A stretch of DNA of 64,000 bases, taken from contig NC_047077.1 of the NCBI RefSeq assembly GCF_902459465.1, positions 5,828,001-5,892,000 on the forward strand. The letters are read 5' to 3'. The number at the start of each line of letters is the position of its first letter. Position 1 is the first letter of the stretch. The stretch comes from Asterias rubens (Eukaryota). The position numbers were made by a program, and so were the translations under genes. Positions 60,506 to 64,000 of the stretch are shown here, piece after piece. The notes beneath the pieces were generated by a model, which was not told where the DNA came from, made no database searches, and saw nothing but the letters and a program-made list of their open reading frames with translations.

Positions 60506-61884
60506 TCACAACGACTAATGACTATTTCAATGTTATGACTGACTTTTGTCCAATTTGATGGTACTGCTGGCAACCTATCAGTATCATCAGTGTAAGATGT
60601 CACACTTCTACTTCTAGTCTACAGTACTTGGCTTGCAGTAAATTTTAAAGGTCTGTTTTCCCTGGTTAAGACGTGACCTATACTATAGGCCTAACTATGT
60701 TACACAAGTTGGTTGATTCCTTAATTTAAATTGAGACCAATAGATTAAATGTTATGTTAATTACATTGTTAATAACTGTAATTAATATTAAATTTTAGAC
60801 CCAGTGACTGGGGCGCTGTACTCCTTTTTTTTAAATTTGTCATTATAATTAAAGGTTGTGCTGGAACTTTAGAAGTGCAAACGATAATGACAAATGACAA
60901 AAAACCTGAATTTGTCCGAAAAAGGAGCACAGCGCCCCAGTTACTGGGCAAAATTTAAATATTCCTTCAAATTCAATAACAAAAAATTTTAAAAAGTAAA
61001 GTTCAAAATCAAATAACTTAAAAAGGGAACAAAAGGAAGAAACAAATAATATGTACACTACCATGACTACAGTCGACATCATTCCATTATGCAAAGACTA
61101 GTATTATTAAATTTAAGTAAAACTAAAAAGTATTTATACTTATATAGAAGAGTTTGATAATTGCGTGAACAAAATAACGGAAAAACCTGAACAAGCATAT
61201 TATTATAACGTGTAGGTAGTGTAGTAGGCTATCATCCACTATGGATGGTCTTATTTTAATATGGATTGTTGAATTCAACTCAAGACTCTGGACCGTTATT
61301 GAATTCTAATTGCTCTAGTATATATACTTCTACTTCTACTTCTACTTCTACGTGATATAGTTTCTTACTCAATAGTCATACACAAATCAAAACATTAAAC
61401 AATAAAACACAACAAAAGAACAAACTCAAACTGATTTTGAAACAAAAGATCAGAGCAACCTGTCGGAAATAAACGACTTTGGCAATCCATCACCATTTTC
61501 AATGCACAAAACCCACAATACAATCCTATCTTTTACAAGATAACTAGAAAATAAATACATATTATGGTAACATTAAACCACTTAACAAACAAATATGATT
61601 ATAATCTAGTGAAATATATTTGTGAATGGTCAGAGAAAGCCTTAAAACTTACAATATTTGTGGGGAAATTTATTTAGCGTCAAAACTTCGGTGAAAACTG
61701 CTCGCTCACTATTTGCTTGGCTCCTAGACGTGACTGATGTAAATACCTTTACGTGTTTATTATATATCAAGGAGCCCGACTGTCAAATTATCAACCTCGT
61801 GTTCATTACAACCTCTAGTTAAATTTTGCTCGCCTCCATGCATAAAGCACGACTGCCCGTAATCTGTGCACAAAGTAACGGGTA

Positions 61885-62370
61885 AAGGAATATTGCCATA
61901 TCATGGGTCCACGGCCAGTAAATGTAACGGTCTGCCTTCTCATAAACTGTGTACAAGCATAGGGTACAGGAATATTGTCATAATCACGGGTTCACTGTGG
62001 CCCGTATCCTGTGAACAAAGCGTTGGGCATAGGAATATTGCCATATCATGGGTGCACTATTGCCCGCACTGTGCACAAGCAATGGGTACAGGAATATTGC
62101 CATATTACGGGTTCACAAACTGACCAAGGCCCGCACATTGTGCACAAGCAATGGGATCAGGAATATTGTCATATCACGGATTCACCAAGGCCCATACACT
62201 GTGCACAAACGAATGGGTACAATCTGAAGACGGACCGTTACAATTTACGTGCTGTCAACCCGGGATATTGGCAATATTCCTATTCCATTGTTTTGTGCAT
62301 GGGCCTTCACGAAGCGCGCACCAAGCAATGGGCATTGGAGAATATTGCCGTATCATTGGTCCACCACTAG
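61885..62370. repeat. Degenerate 60-80 bp tandem repeat (AGGAATATTGCCATATCATGGG core)
   Basis: About six direct copies (near 61887, 61969, 62031, 62090, 62159 and 62338) plus one inverted copy (GGCAATATTCCT, about 62270). Confidence 0.75.
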
Positions 62371-63488
62371 TCACTGCACCTAGCCTACACACTGTGCACT
62401 TTACTTGTTGGTCACCGTTAATTGATTGCATAGCGCCCTCTATCGTGCGATATATGCCAGGTCCATCCAAAACATCACTGGAAATTGTATGCTGAATCCG
62501 GTGAAAAGTATCTACTTGTAAGTATGTAAGAATGAATGTTTTGACTTATTTCTGCCCCAGGCAGACCCTCATATGTAGGACTATAAATAGGGCTAGAGTA
62601 AAATGTGTATTTTGTTTGTAGCGTGGGAGGAACGCTCCTTAGAATCAGGGCCGTATTAATTATCCATTGAAAAATTAAAGCCCAGGTGTTTGAGATTTGA
62701 CGGTGTTGTAGATGATAATGATAAGAATGACAACAAAACTTGCTAAGCACAGAATGATAGAATTGCTTAGCAGAAACAGTTGGTTTTAACGGTTTGCTGT
62801 GTCTTTGGAATGTAAATTATTAAGTTAGTTGGGATCATCATTGCCAGTCAATATGTGTATAATTAATTGGCCAAGGAAAGGAACTTGTTAACTGAATTGA
62901 AGTGTCATGTCTAAAAACATTTGTGCAGTGATCTGTCTGATAGACTAGCCCTGGTAGGAAGTCAGTCAGTGCCACTGCGTTGCATGCAACGGAGGAGTCC
63001 AACCTGGGCTAATGATAGGCCTACCGCGTACACCACCACGTCCACAGGTTTACTTAGTAACTTAGTGAAGTTAGTCACTGGGCCTATAACTTAAGTCTAT
63101 TATTTTAAGTGGTACACATAACTAAAGGCTTACCTTAACGTTCAGTAACAACTTTAAGCCTACATCAGATAGAGTGTTCGTATACATGTACATTACATAT
63201 TCAGATTTAACTTTAAGTTAAGGAGTGAGGCTTGCACTATTGTGGTGTAGAGTATATAGGCCTAACTGTTAATTTGTTTTATTTGTATTGCTTGTTATTT
63301 GTATTGTAATCAAAGCGTTGTGGTACCTCTTTTTTGTGTAAGAATGCTACAAAAATGCTAAGATTATTGTTATAACTGGGTGAGAGTTCACAATTCCATA
63401 GTACAGCTACATGCCTGCTTGGTCAAGACTATGACCCTTTATTTACTTTTTTTCCAGGCAACCTTTGACCCCCAAGAGCTCCATTGTA

Positions 63489-63692
63489 ATGTCATTGAGA
63501 CATCTACATCTTCCCCTGGCTGCAGCGTCTCTAGTCGGGACAGCCTTAGTCAGCTTCCTGATCTATAAGTTGCTCAAACCACAACAGAGAAGATCAAGAA
63601 TGGATTATTCCAAAAAAGCAGTTGTCGTGGAAACCATTGATGTCTTAGAAACAGCTATGACGAGAATTATTGAAGACACATCAAGTTTTAAG
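63489..63692 (+). CDS. EXD2: First coding exon of a probable EXD2 (3'-5' exonuclease domain-containing 2); the gene continues beyond the window
   Basis: Acceptor at 63457, ATG at 63489, phase-0 donor AAG|GTATGA. MSLRHLHLPLAAASLVGTALVSFLIYKLLKPQQRR is an N-terminal transmembrane anchor with a basic cap. KKAVVVETIDVLETAMTRIIEDTSSFK parallels human EXD2 KAKVVTVSQEAEWDQIEPLLRSELEDFP, just before VLGIDCEW. The catalytic motif is not in the window. Confidence 0.55.
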
Positions 63693-64000
63693 GTATGAGT
63701 CAAAGACTGAATGTTCAAGAACTCACTCAGCCAGCAATAGTGAAGTTAACAGTACGAGAAGTCCCCTTGATCACCGGCCGATTTTCTACCTTCCATTGTT
63801 ATAAAGTAGGACAGTGCCTTTTAAAACTGAGAAGTCTTTGGAGTTCTTCAAAAAATCTACTGTACAGTAGTAGAATTATAGCAAGACAAGTTTTCACAAG
63901 AACATTCTACCCAGCAAGTACTCCTAGAACATTGAGGTTCGTTTCAATATGAGTCTCCACGTTCTAGGAGTACCTAGTAGATTAAGACTGAGTCTGCTTC

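Noticed and set aside
61326-61350. (ACTTCT)4 and various poly-C, poly-G, poly-A and (ATT)n/(AAC)n tracts
   Set aside because: Ordinary microsatellites and homopolymers.

Overview
AT-rich, intron-containing animal genomic DNA. The repeat landscape and gene set suggest an invertebrate deuterostome, probably an echinoderm such as a sea star (inference, not checked against a database). I assembled by hand, from splice sites and reading phase, five complete genes: SNRNP40 (+, 9 exons), two tandem CABIT-like paralogues (-; the downstream one is GAREM-like with a C-terminal SAM domain), a single-coding-exon TICAM/TRIF-like TIR adaptor (+) and PSMD14/Rpn11 (-). There is also the first coding exon of a probable EXD2 (+) and a weak orphan terminal exon near the window start. 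Non-coding highlights: an array of about 26 copies of a 152-153 bp unit next to an assembly gap, each carrying a Pol III A box, B box and T5 terminator but folding better as a long hairpin than as a tRNA; a tangle of inverted and tandem duplications at 6.3-10.6 kb; a three-layer nested transposon in SNRNP40 intron 3; and many SINEs and MITEs. Protein identities rest on remembered similarity to vertebrate proteins; no searches were run.
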